A program made the position numbers and the translations under genes. From the NCBI RefSeq assembly GCF_963921235.1, contig NC_086097.1, positions 109,618,001-109,682,000 of the forward strand: DNA of 64,000 bases, read 5' to 3'. The notes under the pieces are model-generated. The model saw nothing but the letters and a program-made list of their open reading frames with translations. It was not told the origin of the DNA and did not search any database. Each line of letters starts with the position of its first letter. Within the stretch, counting starts at the first letter, position 1. This document shows, in pieces, positions 37,375 through 50,654 of this stretch. This DNA comes from Mobula hypostoma. Taxonomy: Eukaryota.

Positions 37375-38244
37375 TACATAATCCATTTGCCGTACCTGAG
37401 CAAGACTAAGCCTCTTTAGGAATAGTTGCCTTCTATAGAGAGGATATTCCTCTATCATTTGAGAGAGTCAGACTGATAGAGCATTACAGCACAGAAACAG
37501 GTCCTTTGGCCCATCAAGCTGTTATTCTTCCTAGTCCCATCAACCAGACTCTAGCCCTCCAAACCCTCCCCATCCATCTACTTATCCAAACTTCTCTTAA
37601 ATGTTGAAATCAAACCACATCCCTCTCCTTCTTAGGCAACTTGTTCCACATTCGCACTACCCTCTGAGTGATGAAGTTTCTCTAAGGTTTCCTTAAATAT
37701 TTCACCTTAAATACTTAACCCATGGCATTTAGTTCAAGTCTCACACAACCTCACTGGAAAATGTCTGTTTGCATTAACACTATCTATTTCCTCTATTACC
37801 TACTTCTAAAATTTGCACAATTTGATCAACACATTGGCCACACTAATGAGTTAAATCATCTTCTTTTGCCTGAGCATCATCAAGATATACTGCAATTTGT
37901 GATTTTTGGGACAGTTCTTATCTTTTGCCCAAGATTCTGTCTCTATAGTAGCTTTCCAAGCATCCCACTGTTATTATCCTTCTGTTGGATTGTCCATATT
38001 CCTAGTCCAAATGCCTTGGCCCAGAAACTCATGTATTTCTTGCTGCAACATCTTTCCACTTCAGAGCTTGGCATGCACCAGTGCCACAGCAATCAGTTCA
38101 GCATTTTTATTGGAATGTCCATTCATAATACCAGTTAAAATAGTCTTGGACAAAGGGTTGAAAGCTGTGATTTTCCCAGCATGTTTCTCCCTAACCTCTC
38201 TGGCAGATCCATCCATAAATCAAATGGCAACAACTCGACGTCGA

Positions 38245-39005
38245 TAAGATCAAAGAACTGATTGCGGACTTCAGGAACAGTAAGACAAGGAAACACACGC
38301 CAGTCCTCATAGAGGGATCAGAAGTGGAAAGAGTGAGCAACTTCAAGTTCCTGGGTGATAGATCTCTGAAGATCTATTCTGGACCCAACATATTGATGCA
38401 ACTACGAAGAAGACATGACAGCGGCTATATTTCATTAGGAGTTTGAGATGTTTTGGTATGTCACCAAAGACACTCGCAAATTTCTACAGACGTACTGTGG
38501 AGAGCATTTTAACTGGCTGTATCACTGTCTGCTATGGTGGGGGAGGTGGGGTAGCTACTGCACATGATCAAAATAAGCTGCAGAGTGTTGTAAACTTAGT
38601 CAGCTCCATCATGGGCACTAGCCTCCACAGTATCCAAGACATCTTCAAGGGGCAATGGCTCAAAAAGGCGAAATCCATCATTAAGCCCCCCCACCACCCA
38701 GGTCATGCCCGCTTCTCTTTGCTACCATCAGAATGGAAGTACAGAAACCTGAAAGCACACACACAACAATTCAGGGACAGCTTCTTCCCCTCTGCCATCC
38801 GATTTCTGAATGGATATTAAACCCATTAGCACTACCTCACTTATTTTTATTTATATTTGTACACTACTTATTTAAATGAATTATATATATATTTACTGTA
38901 ATTCACACCTTTGTTCTATTATTATGTAATATATTGCATTGTACTGCTGCTGCAAAGACAACTATTTCATGACGTGCTAGTGATATTAAACCTAATTCTG
39001 ATGTT
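38245..39005 (+). mobile_element. Rex1/Babar LINE 3' fragment
   Basis: TVESILTGCITVCYG, HHPGHARFSLLPS, FRDSFFPSAIRFLN. Confidence 0.85.
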
Positions 39006-39249
39006 TCTGCTCTGCCAAATGGTGGTCCCGAAAAGAGCAGAGATTAGGATAATTGTTTTGACACAGTGCTTCTGCATGGCAGAAGTGTCCAACTTTGCAG
39101 TCTTTCATCACTCTAGCAGCAATATACCATTTCTATTTTATTACAGAACTTTGCCAAGCATGACAAATTTTATCATTGGTACTATTCACGTGTATCCAAA
39201 TCATAATTGAAATAGTTGGCAAAGTATTACTATTCCTCCACCATAGCTT

Positions 39250-39725
39250 TTCTTTTCTTTTTCAATCTTTTTATTAATTTCAACATCATATACATTACAA
39301 AAAATAAGTACAGAGTGATTGGGATTGTATTAATTAATAATAATTATGTTATACAAGTTTACAGTCAAGTAGCACATAATTAGTAAACCTCCCAAAATCT
39401 CACAAATTAGCAATAGAATATATAAAAAGTGCACATAAAAATACAAAAATATCATAAAAATACAGAAAAAGAGAAAAAAAATATATCCCATTAGAAAAAA
39501 TAACTAATCTACCCAAACTAAAAGAAAACTAAGGAAAAGAAAAAGAAAAAGGAAGGGCTATTCTGATACCTCAGATAGAACCAATAGTTTTGCCGCTTCC
39601 GCTCCTCTCCCCATATATTGAAATCACAAAATAGATTTGGAAAGGGTCAAATTGCATCATGTGGAAATATTGAATAAATGGTCTCCAAGTCTCATCAAAT
39701 TTAATAGATAGATCAATATATGGGT
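39250..39725 (-). mobile_element. L1-like LINE 3' end
   Basis: T-rich tail (ttttctttt...caatctttttatt) like that at 52610-52650, plus a minus-strand KFDETWRPFIQYF C-terminus. Confidence 0.6.
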
Positions 39726-41252
39726 CCACCATAGCTTTCGTCTCCACCAATGCGCCATAACAAGCTAGTAACTGTTTTCAACAACGATCAACATAGTCTG
39801 AGGATTGGTTGATTTGTTATATTTATTTTGTTATACAGTGCAGAGGGGGTCCTTTGAGCCCCTCAAGCCACGCCACCCCAGCAAGTCCTCAACCCCAATT
39901 AACCCTAACCTAATCATGGGACAAATTACAATTAGCCTACCCAGTACATCTTTGGACTGTGGGAGAAAACTGGAGCACCTGGGCAAAACCCTCACATTTC
40001 ATGGGGAGGACGTACAGTGACTCCTTAGATTGGCGCCAGAATTGAACTCTGAACTCCAGAACGCCCCGAGCAGTAATACCATCACACTAACTGCTATGCT
40101 ACTATGGTGCTGGGATGTACTGGGGCAGCCTGCAGGTGTCACCATGCTTCTGGTGCCAACACAGCGTGCCCACAACTTAATAAGCCATGCATTTTTGTAA
40201 TGTGGTGTGAAACCGGAGCATCTGGGGGAAAGCCATGCTGTAGCAGAGAGAATGTACAAACAGCGGTGAGAATTGAACCTGGATGGCTGATGCAGTAAGC
40301 CTAACTGCTACACCACCATGCTGTTCATTACCTGAGGATCCAATACATAGATAGGCTTCCTTTAGGCTAAAGGTAGTCAGAAATGCTTCTTCAGCAGCTT
40401 CGTAGGCCTGTTGTTCAGATCCTCATTCTAAAGACATTTTCTCCTTGTTAACTATCAGCTCTAGCATTATCATCAAGTGGGAAATGTGTCATACCCAGAA
40501 ATCTAACTGGATTACAAACCTTCATGCCTATACCTTGGCTGTGGGCTGTCCCATAACTGTACCCCTTTCTCCTCCTAGAGGTTTCAAAAGTACTACATTC
40601 GTGATTGGCCTTTGTGTTTTCATTAGTTTAATTTCCCACACCGTGTTCTTCAATTGTTTAATAATCTCATGTGAAACTTTACTGACTATTTCTCACTATA
40701 TCCCTGCAACAACAGAATTGCACTCTGTTAAATTATGACATAGGATAGGACAACATAAATGCTCTTGAGGTAACCTCTGAAAGGTATCCTAACATCCTTC
40801 CAACATGACAGCAAATTGACCCGTGAAATTCGATTTAGTAAGAATGCAAAAAAATGCATTTGCCAAGTCCAAAACTGCACATCATCATTTCCCTCCCGAG
40901 AAATTCTGTCAATCAAAGTCACAATATCTAGCATGTTAGCAGAGGGATGTGTTCAATTTACTGACAATAATCCACCATCATTCTCCAGCTTCCATTCAGT
41001 TTGTTCAAAGGCCAATCTAGACAATTATAGGGAGAATCAGCTGACTTTATTTCTTGCACATTTATAATATTAGACCCCCTGGACAACTGATCCTGCTAAC
41101 ATTAATTTCTAGAGATGCACCTGAGTCATGCAATGGTTTGACCACATGTGAATATCCTCTTCTCCATGCAAATGGATGCAGAACCTAAAAGATAAGGGTG
41201 AAATATTTAAGTTTATGGTCATTCAGCTAAAGGAAGCATCATCCTTCCGGGC

Positions 41253-41353
41253 CAATGTGCAAAACCCAGTATCTACAGTCAGACACAGCACGTATAGTTA
41301 CAATGTGCAAAACCCAGTATCTACAGTCAGACACAGCACATATAGTTACAATA
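41253..41353. repeat. 48-bp tandem duplication
   Basis: caatgtgcaaaacccagtatctacagtcagacacagcac(g/a)tatagtta occurs twice with one mismatch. Confidence 0.9.
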
Positions 41354-42199
41354 GCACGTACAATCACAAAGTAATATCCACACAAGTCTCTGAGAGGCAT
41401 GGCCTGAAGATTGATGCTGTCAGAGAGCCACTTTTCTGCAAGAGTAAGTACCAGGCATGCCACCATCTTACAGGAAGTAACAACTTCATCAGCTAAACTC
41501 CTGAATATGGACATTCAGCATGGAAACACAGCCTTCAGCACACTGCATCTGCACCAACCATCACCCATCCATCTACACAAGTCCTACATCAGTCCCTTTT
41601 CATCTTCTGCCCACATCCCCGGATTCTGTATTCACCTACAGGGCCTACCTACAGTGGCCTATCAACCGAGCAACCCCCGCATCTCTGGGATGTGGGGAGG
41701 GGGGCGGAAGCTGAAGTAAACCCTTATGGTCACAGGGGAGATAAAAGAGACTGCAGATGCTGGAATCTGGAGCAACACACAAACTGCTGGAGGAACTCAG
41801 CAGGTCAGGCAGCTTCTATGGGTGGAAGAGTGAGGCACAGTCGATACCTTGGGTCAAGAATCTTCTTCTGGACTGGGTCAGGGGAACAATGCGCAGACTC
41901 CACGCTAACAGCACCCGAGGTCGTCAAGAATGAACCTGATATCTCTAGGTACATCTCTGTGCTTCCGATGGATAATTGTAATGTATGCATGCATTCTTTC
42001 CTAACTAGGTACATTACAGTGTACTGACGTGGGCAGGTGAGACACAAGAAATTCAGAATCTGTGCTGTTTATCCAAAACTGATATTACATACATGTCATT
42101 AATTAAAAAAACACAAATTTGTATTTATATAGCACTTTTAAAAGCACGCAAAACATAACAAGTAACCTCACAGAAATGTAAAAAGAACTGAGAATGCCA

Positions 42200-42920
42200 T
42201 AAGAAGAATGGCTGGAGGCCTGTGACTAGTCAACTGCCACAGGGATTGGTGCTGGGTCCATTGCTGTTTGTCACCTATATCAATGATCTGGATGATAAAT
42301 GTGGTTAATTAGATCTGCAGATTTGCTGATGACACCAAGACTGGGGCTGTAGTGGACAGCAAAGAAGACTATCATGGCTTGCAGAGGGATTTGGACCAGC
42401 TGGAAAAATGAGCTGAAAACTGGCAGATGGAATTTAACGCCAACAAGTTCAAGATCTTGCACTTCTATAGGACCAACCAGGAAAGTCTTATACAGTGAAC
42501 GGTAGGGCATTGAGGAGTGTGGTAGAACAAAGGGATTTGGGGATTGAAAGTGGTGTCACAGGTAGATATGATCTTAAAGTAAGGTTTGGCGCATTGGCCT
42601 TCATAAGACATAAGAAGGGTATAGATAGGGTAAATGCAAGCAGGCTTTTTCCACTGGGGTTGGGTGGGACTACTATTAGAGGTCATGGATTAAGGATAAA
42701 AGATGAAAAATTTAAGGGAACATGAGGAGAAGCTTCTTCACTCAAAGGGTCATGGGAGAGTGGAACGAACTGGCAGCACAAGTGTGCCTTCAATGTTTAA
42801 GAGAAGTTTGGAGGGCTATGGTCCCAGTGCAGGTTGACGGGCATAGGCAGCTTAAATGGTTCGGCATGGACCAGATGAGCTGAAGAGCCTTTTTGTGCTC
42901 TGTACTTTTCTATGACTCTG
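42200..42920 (+). mobile_element. CR1 LINE fragment with internal deletion
   Basis: gatttgctgatgacaccaag (FADDTK), RALRSVVEQRDLG, and the 3' UTR. Confidence 0.8.
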
Positions 42921-44319
42921 GACTCCATAATCTGAGGTATTCAACTGCATCTGAATGAAACAGAGGGACTGCCAAGAAGAAGTAGTCCAATCTAAAGGCA
43001 AACATAATTAAAGGCTGAGAAAATGTTTTAATCATTTGAAAAAGGTTAAAGGGTACTGTAATCTCCAACCTGGATAGCAGCAGTATCTGCACAGAAGAAA
43101 GTCCTGGCAATCTACTTGCATATCTTGCCACAAAAAACCCTACACTATCCATAGGGTCACCATGTCGCACTCAACAACACCAATCTTCAATAGTTCGCTG
43201 GGAGTGTTACTTTATCTTTTATTAGTATGACCTCATTCTCAAGGAAATGTGACACCAAGCAATAATGTTATTGAAATATTTACACATGCAAAATGTAGAT
43301 GGCTTGGTTTCAGCTTGTGAAATTCTAGTGCATATTGCTTGTTTCATACTTTCTCCATTCAAAAAACTCAACATTACAGCTTACAGACTCAGGCAGGTGA
43401 GAACCAAGAAACTCAAAGACAAAAACGAGCCAAAATTGGGATCACATGTACTATAAATAAATTTATTTTAGCAGATACTGGATGCTCAACTGCAAGTTTG
43501 CTACATTTCTGCTCCAAGCCCTTCTTGCTCAATGTTTTTCTTTGTGGTTTACATTCAGGAACACTTATTTTCACCTGGCCCTGCACAAAGCTATTTTTAG
43601 TGCCTCTGAATACACAATGAATAATTAAATATGAAAAAAGCTTTTAAAACCAGAACAGAGCTTTATTATTTCAAATGCAAGTATGTTCAATACAATGCAA
43701 TTATTGCTCATCTTGATAACTCTCCCTACTTGGGTAGCAATATGAAAGTTGTTACAGTTCCTCAGATACTGCATAGATGCTTCCAGATAAGATGAAATTC
43801 CTCTATTAAACACCTTAATTTCAAACATATACTTTGAAGTATCTCAGTTTTTCTAGTGCAACACAAAATTAAATAGCCATCACTTAAACACATTTCTGGG
43901 GCTTGTTTTCCAAGTCTCGCTGTGCTTTTAGTAAGACCAGAAGGAAACACAATCTTATTTGATAGCTAATTATTTATAATGGCTTTCCAAAACCACTTAT
44001 CAATTCTTTGCTCTGAAATCCACGGAACTTATGCAATTTCAGATTAACTCTTGCTACTCCGAACTATTTTTGTGAAGAAATTTTATGTCATCATGCTCCA
44101 CTTAAAAGTAGCTAGATTACCATTCATTTTTCCTTCCAAAATCCATAGCTTCATGCTTTCATAATTGTTAATGGTGAAAAGGACCTGCTGGAGGGTGGTA
44201 AACAGGAACAAACTGCTATCAGTACTGACATTTAAAGGAAAAGTTACTAGGTGCAAAAAAAAAATTCTTCACACTGCACAACAATAAATGCAGTCACAAA
44301 CTTAGTTAAATTCAGATAA

Positions 44320-45390
44320 GTTCAAGTTTATTGTCATGGGGATACATAACCAGGATATAAATGACGTGAAATTTGACTTTTTGCAGCAAAGCACAGTACA
44401 TTACATACACTTACAGAAACAAAAATAACATAAAGACATTAGTGCAAGTTGAGGGAAGTACTATTTGAAGTAGAATTAGGGATTTTCAGATCAGTTCTAA
44501 AACCTGATGGCACTGGAGAAGAAGCTGTTGTTGCACGGTGCTGTGTAGTTCTTCAAGCTCCTGTACCTCTTGCCTTTTGGTAGTAATGAGCATAGGGCTT
44601 GTCCCAGATGATTTGTGAGAGTAAGAGTTCGGCAAGGACTAGAAGGGCCGAGATAGCCTGTTTCCATGCTGTAATTGTTATATGGTTATATGGTTATACG
44701 ATGGAGTTCCTTAGTAATGGATATTGTCATTTGCAGATGTCCTCAACAGTAGGGAGAGCTGTACCCATGATGGGACTGGATGCATCTGTAAGAAGATTGC
44801 CAGGAACTTAGATCACACGACAAATCTCAAAAGGATTCCTTACGGCCCAAGGTAGGTCTTGTGAGATGTTTATACCCAGGAACTTTGAGCTACTCACACT
44901 TTTCACCACAGACCATTCAACAAGGACTGATGTGTGTTCACTTGACATTCCCTTCCTAAAGTCCACAATCGGTTCTTCGGTTTTGCTGACTTTGAATGCA
45001 ACGTTGTTATTACAATAGCACTCAACCAGCTGACCCACCTCGCTCCCCTACGTTTCCTGGTCACCATCCGTGCGTGACTCTGCTAACAACAGTGGTGTCA
45101 TCAAAGAGTTTGAACGACAGTATGCATAGCCATACAGTTGTAGGTATAGAGGCAGCACTTCTGGTTGCTCATTCCCTATAGTACCACCCTCTATATGAAA
45201 ATGTTACCTCTCAAGTTCCTATTAAATCTTTCCCCTTTCACCTTTAACCTATGCCTCCTAGTTCTTGATTCTCCACCCCTGGGAAGAACATTGACTGCAT
45301 TTACCCTATTAATTCCAGTAATGATATTACACACCTCTATAAGATTGCCCCTCAATCTCCTGTGCTCCAGGGAAGGAAGTCCTAAGCCTG
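44320..45390 (-). mobile_element. Rex1 (44320-45150) and CR1 (45150-45390) fragments
   Basis: VSKTEEPIVDFRK..KFLGINISQDL; SLEHRRLRGNLIEV..SRTRRHRLKVKG. Confidence 0.75.
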
Positions 45391-45634
45391 TTGGCATGTA
45401 CCATTCAGTGAGGTATTCTAATATACAGCAACAAACTACAAAAAATTCAGAGTAGATCAAACTCTAATCACATTTATTACGTGCAAGGGGAAGTCTACTT
45501 CCATACGTTAAGTCATTGGAAGGAAGCTTCAATATTGCAGCTCAAAACAAACTCATTTTATACATTTACAGAATCCAGTAATTCATCAACTTCATGTCCT
45601 TGAGGTCGTTCCAGCCCATAATTGCATTCCTTCC

Positions 45635-45731
45635 TTATCTGTATCCATCACATTTGTCTTTAATCAGTCCATTTATCTTTTGAGGCTTCTTCCCCTCTTG
45701 ACAACTTGTTTTCTTTGTTGTCAAAGCAACC
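45635..45731 (-). CDS. Candidate terminal coding exon of an unidentified gene (VALTTKKTSCQEGKKPQKINGLIKDKCDGYR*)
   Basis: Acceptor ttgtgtttatggcag; phase 2 compatible with 50216-50296 and 62065-62213; AATAAA on the minus strand at 45473-45478. Confidence 0.35.
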
Positions 45732-46189
45732 CTGCCATAAACACAATAAAACACTCATACATATATTTCTTGTAATCCTCCATCCAAACCAGCGAAGCAC
45801 TCTGGGATCGACAGGTTCTATTTTGTCACATTACATTTTACAAAAGTTATAAATTCATGAAGACTTCAGGGTTACAGATATATTTGCACAATGTCCAACC
45901 TATCCCCATAACTCAATCTCTTGAGTCCTGGCAATATATTTTCTGCATTCTTTCCTGTTTAATAAGATCTTTCCTACAGCAGGGTGACCAAAACCGAAAA
46001 ACAATTATAGAAGGATCTTGGAGCCCAAATCCATAACTCCCTGCAAATGACCACACTAGCTGGCAGGGTGTACATAGAGTTTGTGGCAAGTCAAGGCATT
46101 GAGCCCAAGAGTTAAAATGTTAAGTTGCAGCTTTATAAAACTCTGGTGCATTGAATTCAACTCTCAATGCCCATTGGAGGAATGATATA

Positions 46190-48035
46190 CTCATAGAGTC
46201 ATAGGGAAGTACAGCACAGAAACAGGCCTGTCAGCTCATCCAGCCTGTGCTGAACCATTTAAATGCCTTACTCCCGTCAGCTGGCACTGGAACCACAGCC
46301 CTCTATACCCCTACCATCCGTGTATCTATCCAAACTTCTCTTAAACATTGACATCGTGTTTGGATGCACCATTTGCACTTGCAGCTCCTTCTACACTCTC
46401 ACAACTCACTGAGTGAAGAAGATTCCCCTCATGTTTCCTTTAAACTTTTCACCTTTCACCCTTACACAAGACCTCTAGTTGTAGTCCCACACAACCCCAG
46501 TGGGAAAGCCTGCATACATTTACTCTATCTATACCCTTCATAATTGTGTATTCCACTATCAAATTTCCCATCAATCTTCTATGTTCCAAGGAATAAAGTC
46601 CTAACCTATTCAACATTTCCTTATAACACAGGCCCTCCCATCTGGCAACATCTTTGTAAATTTTCTTAGTACTCTTTCAACCTTATTTATATCTTTTCTG
46701 CAGCTGACCAAAGCTGCTCACAATACTGCAAATTAGGCTTCACTACTATGTCATACAACTGCAACAAGGCTTTGGAGAGGGTGCAGCATAGAATTACTAG
46801 GATGTTGTAAGATGTTTACTTGGATTAGGATAAGTGTTGTAAGGAGACATAGGACAAATGAAGGTTGTTTTTGGTAAATATGTGAAAGAGGGGCTGAAAG
46901 CTGGAGGGTTACAGAGTTATAAGAGAGGGAGTATGAATTGAATTGACTTTATTACTTACACCCTTCATGTACATGAGGAGTAAAAATCTTTACGTTACAT
47001 CTCTGGCTAAATCTGCAATGTGCAATTTATAGTAATTTGTAATAAATGGTATGTACAACAGTACAATCAATACAACATAGAAATACACTTGTGTCAGCAT
47101 GAATTAATCAGTCCGATGGTCTGGTGGAAGAAACTGTCCCGGAGCCCGTTGGTCCTGGCTTTTATGCTATGGTACCATTTCCCGGATTGTAGTAGCTGGA
47201 ACAGTTTGTGGTTGGGGTGACTCGGGCCCCCAATGATCCTTTGGGTCCTTTTTATGCACTTGTCTTTGTAAATGTCCTGAATCGTGGGAAGTTCACATCC
47301 ACAGATGCGCTGGGCTGTCCACACCACTCTCTGCAGTCCTGCGATTAAGGGAGGTACAGTTCCCATACCAGGCAGTGATGCAGCCAATCAGGATGCTCTC
47401 AATTGTACCCCTGTAGAAAGTTCTTAGGAACTGCCTTAACCACCTTAACATGAGAACCCAACTAAAAGTATTACCTTGATTTTGATTTTGTTAAGTTGAG
47501 AGAAAGTCTTGAGAGCAGGATCAGTTATCTAAGTTAAATAATGAAATTGTGCACCATAAGTTCTACCAGAAGTCTAAATTCATAACTGTTTGCTCACTTT
47601 CTAGGGCTTGGTAAACCCTGCAGCTGAAGGCCAACAACTACCATAAGACCATAAGATATAGGAGCAGAATTAGGCCATTTGCTCCATCTGCTCAGCCTTT
47701 TCATCATGGCTGATCCATTTTCCCTCTCAGCTCCAATCTCCCACCTTCTCCCTATATCCCTTCATGCCTTGACTAATCAAGAAACTATCAGCCTCTACCT
47801 TAATGCTGCCACAGCCGCCTGTGGCAATAGATTCCACAGATTCACCACTCCCTGGCTTCCTCCTCGTCTACCGTTCTAAAAGGACATCGCTCTATTCTGA
47901 GGCTGTGTCCTCTGGTCTTAGACTCCCCCATCATAGGAAACATCCTCTCCACATCCACTCTATTCAATATTTGATAGATTTCAATGAGATACCTCCTCAT
48001 TCTTCTAAAATCAGTGAGTGCAGACCCAAAGCCAA
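46190..48035 (-). mobile_element. CR1 (46190-46770, 47640-48035) and Rex1 (46940-47430) 3' fragments
   Basis: CR1 3' UTR motifs; LQRVVWTAQRICG..HPNHKLFQLLQSG..LRDSFF. Confidence 0.75.
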
Positions 48036-48414
48036 CAAGATGTTCATACATCAAGGATCCGGCAAGTAAAAAACTACCTGTTGTGGACTGGAGCAGCAAA
48101 AATGTTGGAAGGTTTTTAAGATCACTTCGGAGATTTTACAGAACTCTCTTTTTGCTGTTGCATTAGTTCCCCTGTTAATTCTATACCTTTCAATTTGACA
48201 ACTATAATCATTTCCTTCTTACAGTCACAGACCAACTTGTCTGGTAGAATTCCCTACGTTGTACAAATTAAATTGCCTGAAAAAATGAGTGTATTGAATG
48301 CCTCTTGCTTCGAGATATGAAAATAAAATTGCATCGAAAATGAGAGTGTTTGACCATACAGGTAGAACTAGCATCAATGACTAATAAGGGTTTTCATAGC
48401 TGCTTTTTTTTGAC

Positions 48415-48606
48415 CAGTCAGGTGTTGGCCCTGATCTGAACCCCCGAATGAGCCACTCTTAGTCTGACCTCTCTCCTTTGACCTGTTTGGCATGGGTGAC
48501 CGTACCAAGAGTCAAAGCGCAAGGCCCTGACTCCAGCCAACATAGCTCTCTGGGTCATTGAGGCACACAAGCCTCCAAACCCTGTGACAAGGTTGTGGTC
48601 CTCTTG
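48415..48606 (-). mobile_element. RTE-type 5' UTR fragment
   Basis: Minus strand ccacaaccttgtc...ggcttgtgtgcctcaatgaccc..gagctatg...cccatgccaaacaggtc resembles RTE/Expander 5' ends. Confidence 0.5.
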
Positions 48607-50215
48607 TTGACCTAAGTGCCAGCGCTGTAACCAGCAGTAACTAACTCATGACTAGTAACACTTAATGAAAACCAGTCAAATAATCCAAACCAGTGTGTTA
48701 GCTCCTATATTTTTGTGTCTGTTAAATATTATAAATAAATTGTTAAATTCTACTTTAAGATACAAATTGTAAACTATTGTAACATTCCTTATTTCAAAAG
48801 ATTGCACTTGGTTAAGGGATTAATAGAAATATTATATCACTATTATTTGTTTGTTTAGCCAAGAATGTGATGTTGAATTATGCCATTCTATTGCTTTGAA
48901 GACCCGTGGGCAACTATGTAGAAATATGGATTCAAGAATGATAAGTTTCCTGTTCAAGTCATCAATGTGTCCAAAAGTAGGATCTCAGCCCGAGAAATCG
49001 ACTGTTTATCTATAGATGTTACCTGACCTGCTCAGTTCATGAAACATTTCGTGTGTAATGTTTTGCAAGAGACCAGAACCTCTGAGATATCTTGAAATAT
49101 TATCTCATTAAGTTGCAACATGTAAATATTCCAAAATAGGGAAGCAAATTTAAATGGAGGGAATGGAAATTATGACTAAACATACCACATTCTTTATAGT
49201 GAATCATTCTGCATTGTTTTGCATAAGACCTCTGATCGTTTATAATTTATTTTTGAAAAATGTTAAAAATTCCAGATCTAGAAATCTGAAATGTGCAGAA
49301 AATATTGGAAATACTCAGCAGATTAGGCAGTCTCTGAGGAAAGGGAAACTGAGCTAATCCTTTAGGTCTGTGTCCTCTTAAACAGCTGAGGCCAGTTCAT
49401 TGGCTATATTTAAGAGGGAGTTAGATATGGCCCTTGTGGCTACGGGGATCAGGGGGTATGGAGGGAAGGCTGGTGCAGGGTTCTGAGTTGGATGATCAGC
49501 CATGATCATAATAAATGGCGGTGCAGGCTCGAAGGGCTGAATGGCCTACTCCTGCACCTATTTTCTATGTTTCTATGTCTATGTTTCTATTAGTATTGGG
49601 AAAAGTTAAGAATCAAACAATATTTAAGATACAATTCTGCCAGATATAATAAATAACCTTTCACCTTCAGTCAGCACTAAATTGCAAAGAAGCAGCTACT
49701 TGAAATGTTTCTCTCTCCACAAATGCCCTTTGATCTGCTGAGTATTTACAGCATTTTATTTAATTTTGAGTTGCCTTTCTTGAGCTAAAAACTACCTTTT
49801 AAACTCATCAAAAGAAAAATATTAGTAGCTTATGAAAATACCCATCAGCTTTTAAATTTGCTTACTGTTTTCAACAATTTTTGCAAGCCAGCAACTGCAT
49901 CGCCGTTTGTTCCATTTACTTGATAAATTGGCACAAGTTACATTCTGCTTGTGATCAAGTAAATAAAGTGTGATTGAGGAACAAGTGCAAGTTTTCAAAG
50001 TCCAGTTTATCACGGCAACAATCATTACACCCTCCTCCAACAGGATTTTAAAAATATACACATAAAAGTAGAATTTTAAAACTAATCCGATTTCTTAGTC
50101 TAAAGGCAGTTACTCTGCTGCAACCAACAGTGCTTTTTGAAAACAATGCAGTGATATTGAGCTTACCTGGTACAGTAAAGTAAGGCAGCAAATCTGTCAA
50201 AAGATTGCCTACTAC

Positions 50216-50296
50216 CTTTCACAGCTGGTGAATGGCTTAGAAAGAATTAACTGAGCTTCTTCCTGCTTTTCCTGAGCTTGATTGGGTTCACAAATT
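50216..50296 (-). CDS. Candidate 81-nt symmetric (phase 2-2) exon ICEPNQAQEKQEEAQLILSKPFTSCE
   Basis: AG/GT boundaries (ccaatag|, AAG|gtagta) and an open frame, but a weak pyrimidine tract. Confidence 0.3.
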
Positions 50297-50654
50297 CTAT
50301 TGGATATTACAGTAGCCCAGCCCACGATTGGAGATAAATTCAAAAAACTCATTTTAAAGGAGCATCGCTGCAAAGTGTTTGACAACTTTTCCAATGCATT
50401 TTACATCATCAAGTTATGCTGATAGGATTCATATACTGTACCTTCAGCACTTCATCCTTCCTTTCAACGGGAGCTTTCATTTATAGATTGACAGTTACAA
50501 AGTTGAACAGTATGGCAAAGGAGCCTTTGGCCTACCTTGACAATGATAACCAAGATGCCTACCTACACTAGTATCTCTCTCCCTCTCCCTCCTTCTTCCT
50601 CTTTCCTTCCCTCTCCCTCCCCTCCTCCCCCTCACTCTCTCTCTCGACGGAGCA

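Noticed and set aside
41253..41353. CRISPR-like or coding repeat
   Set aside because: Only two adjacent 48-bp units with no spacers, in eukaryotic DNA; a simple tandem duplication.
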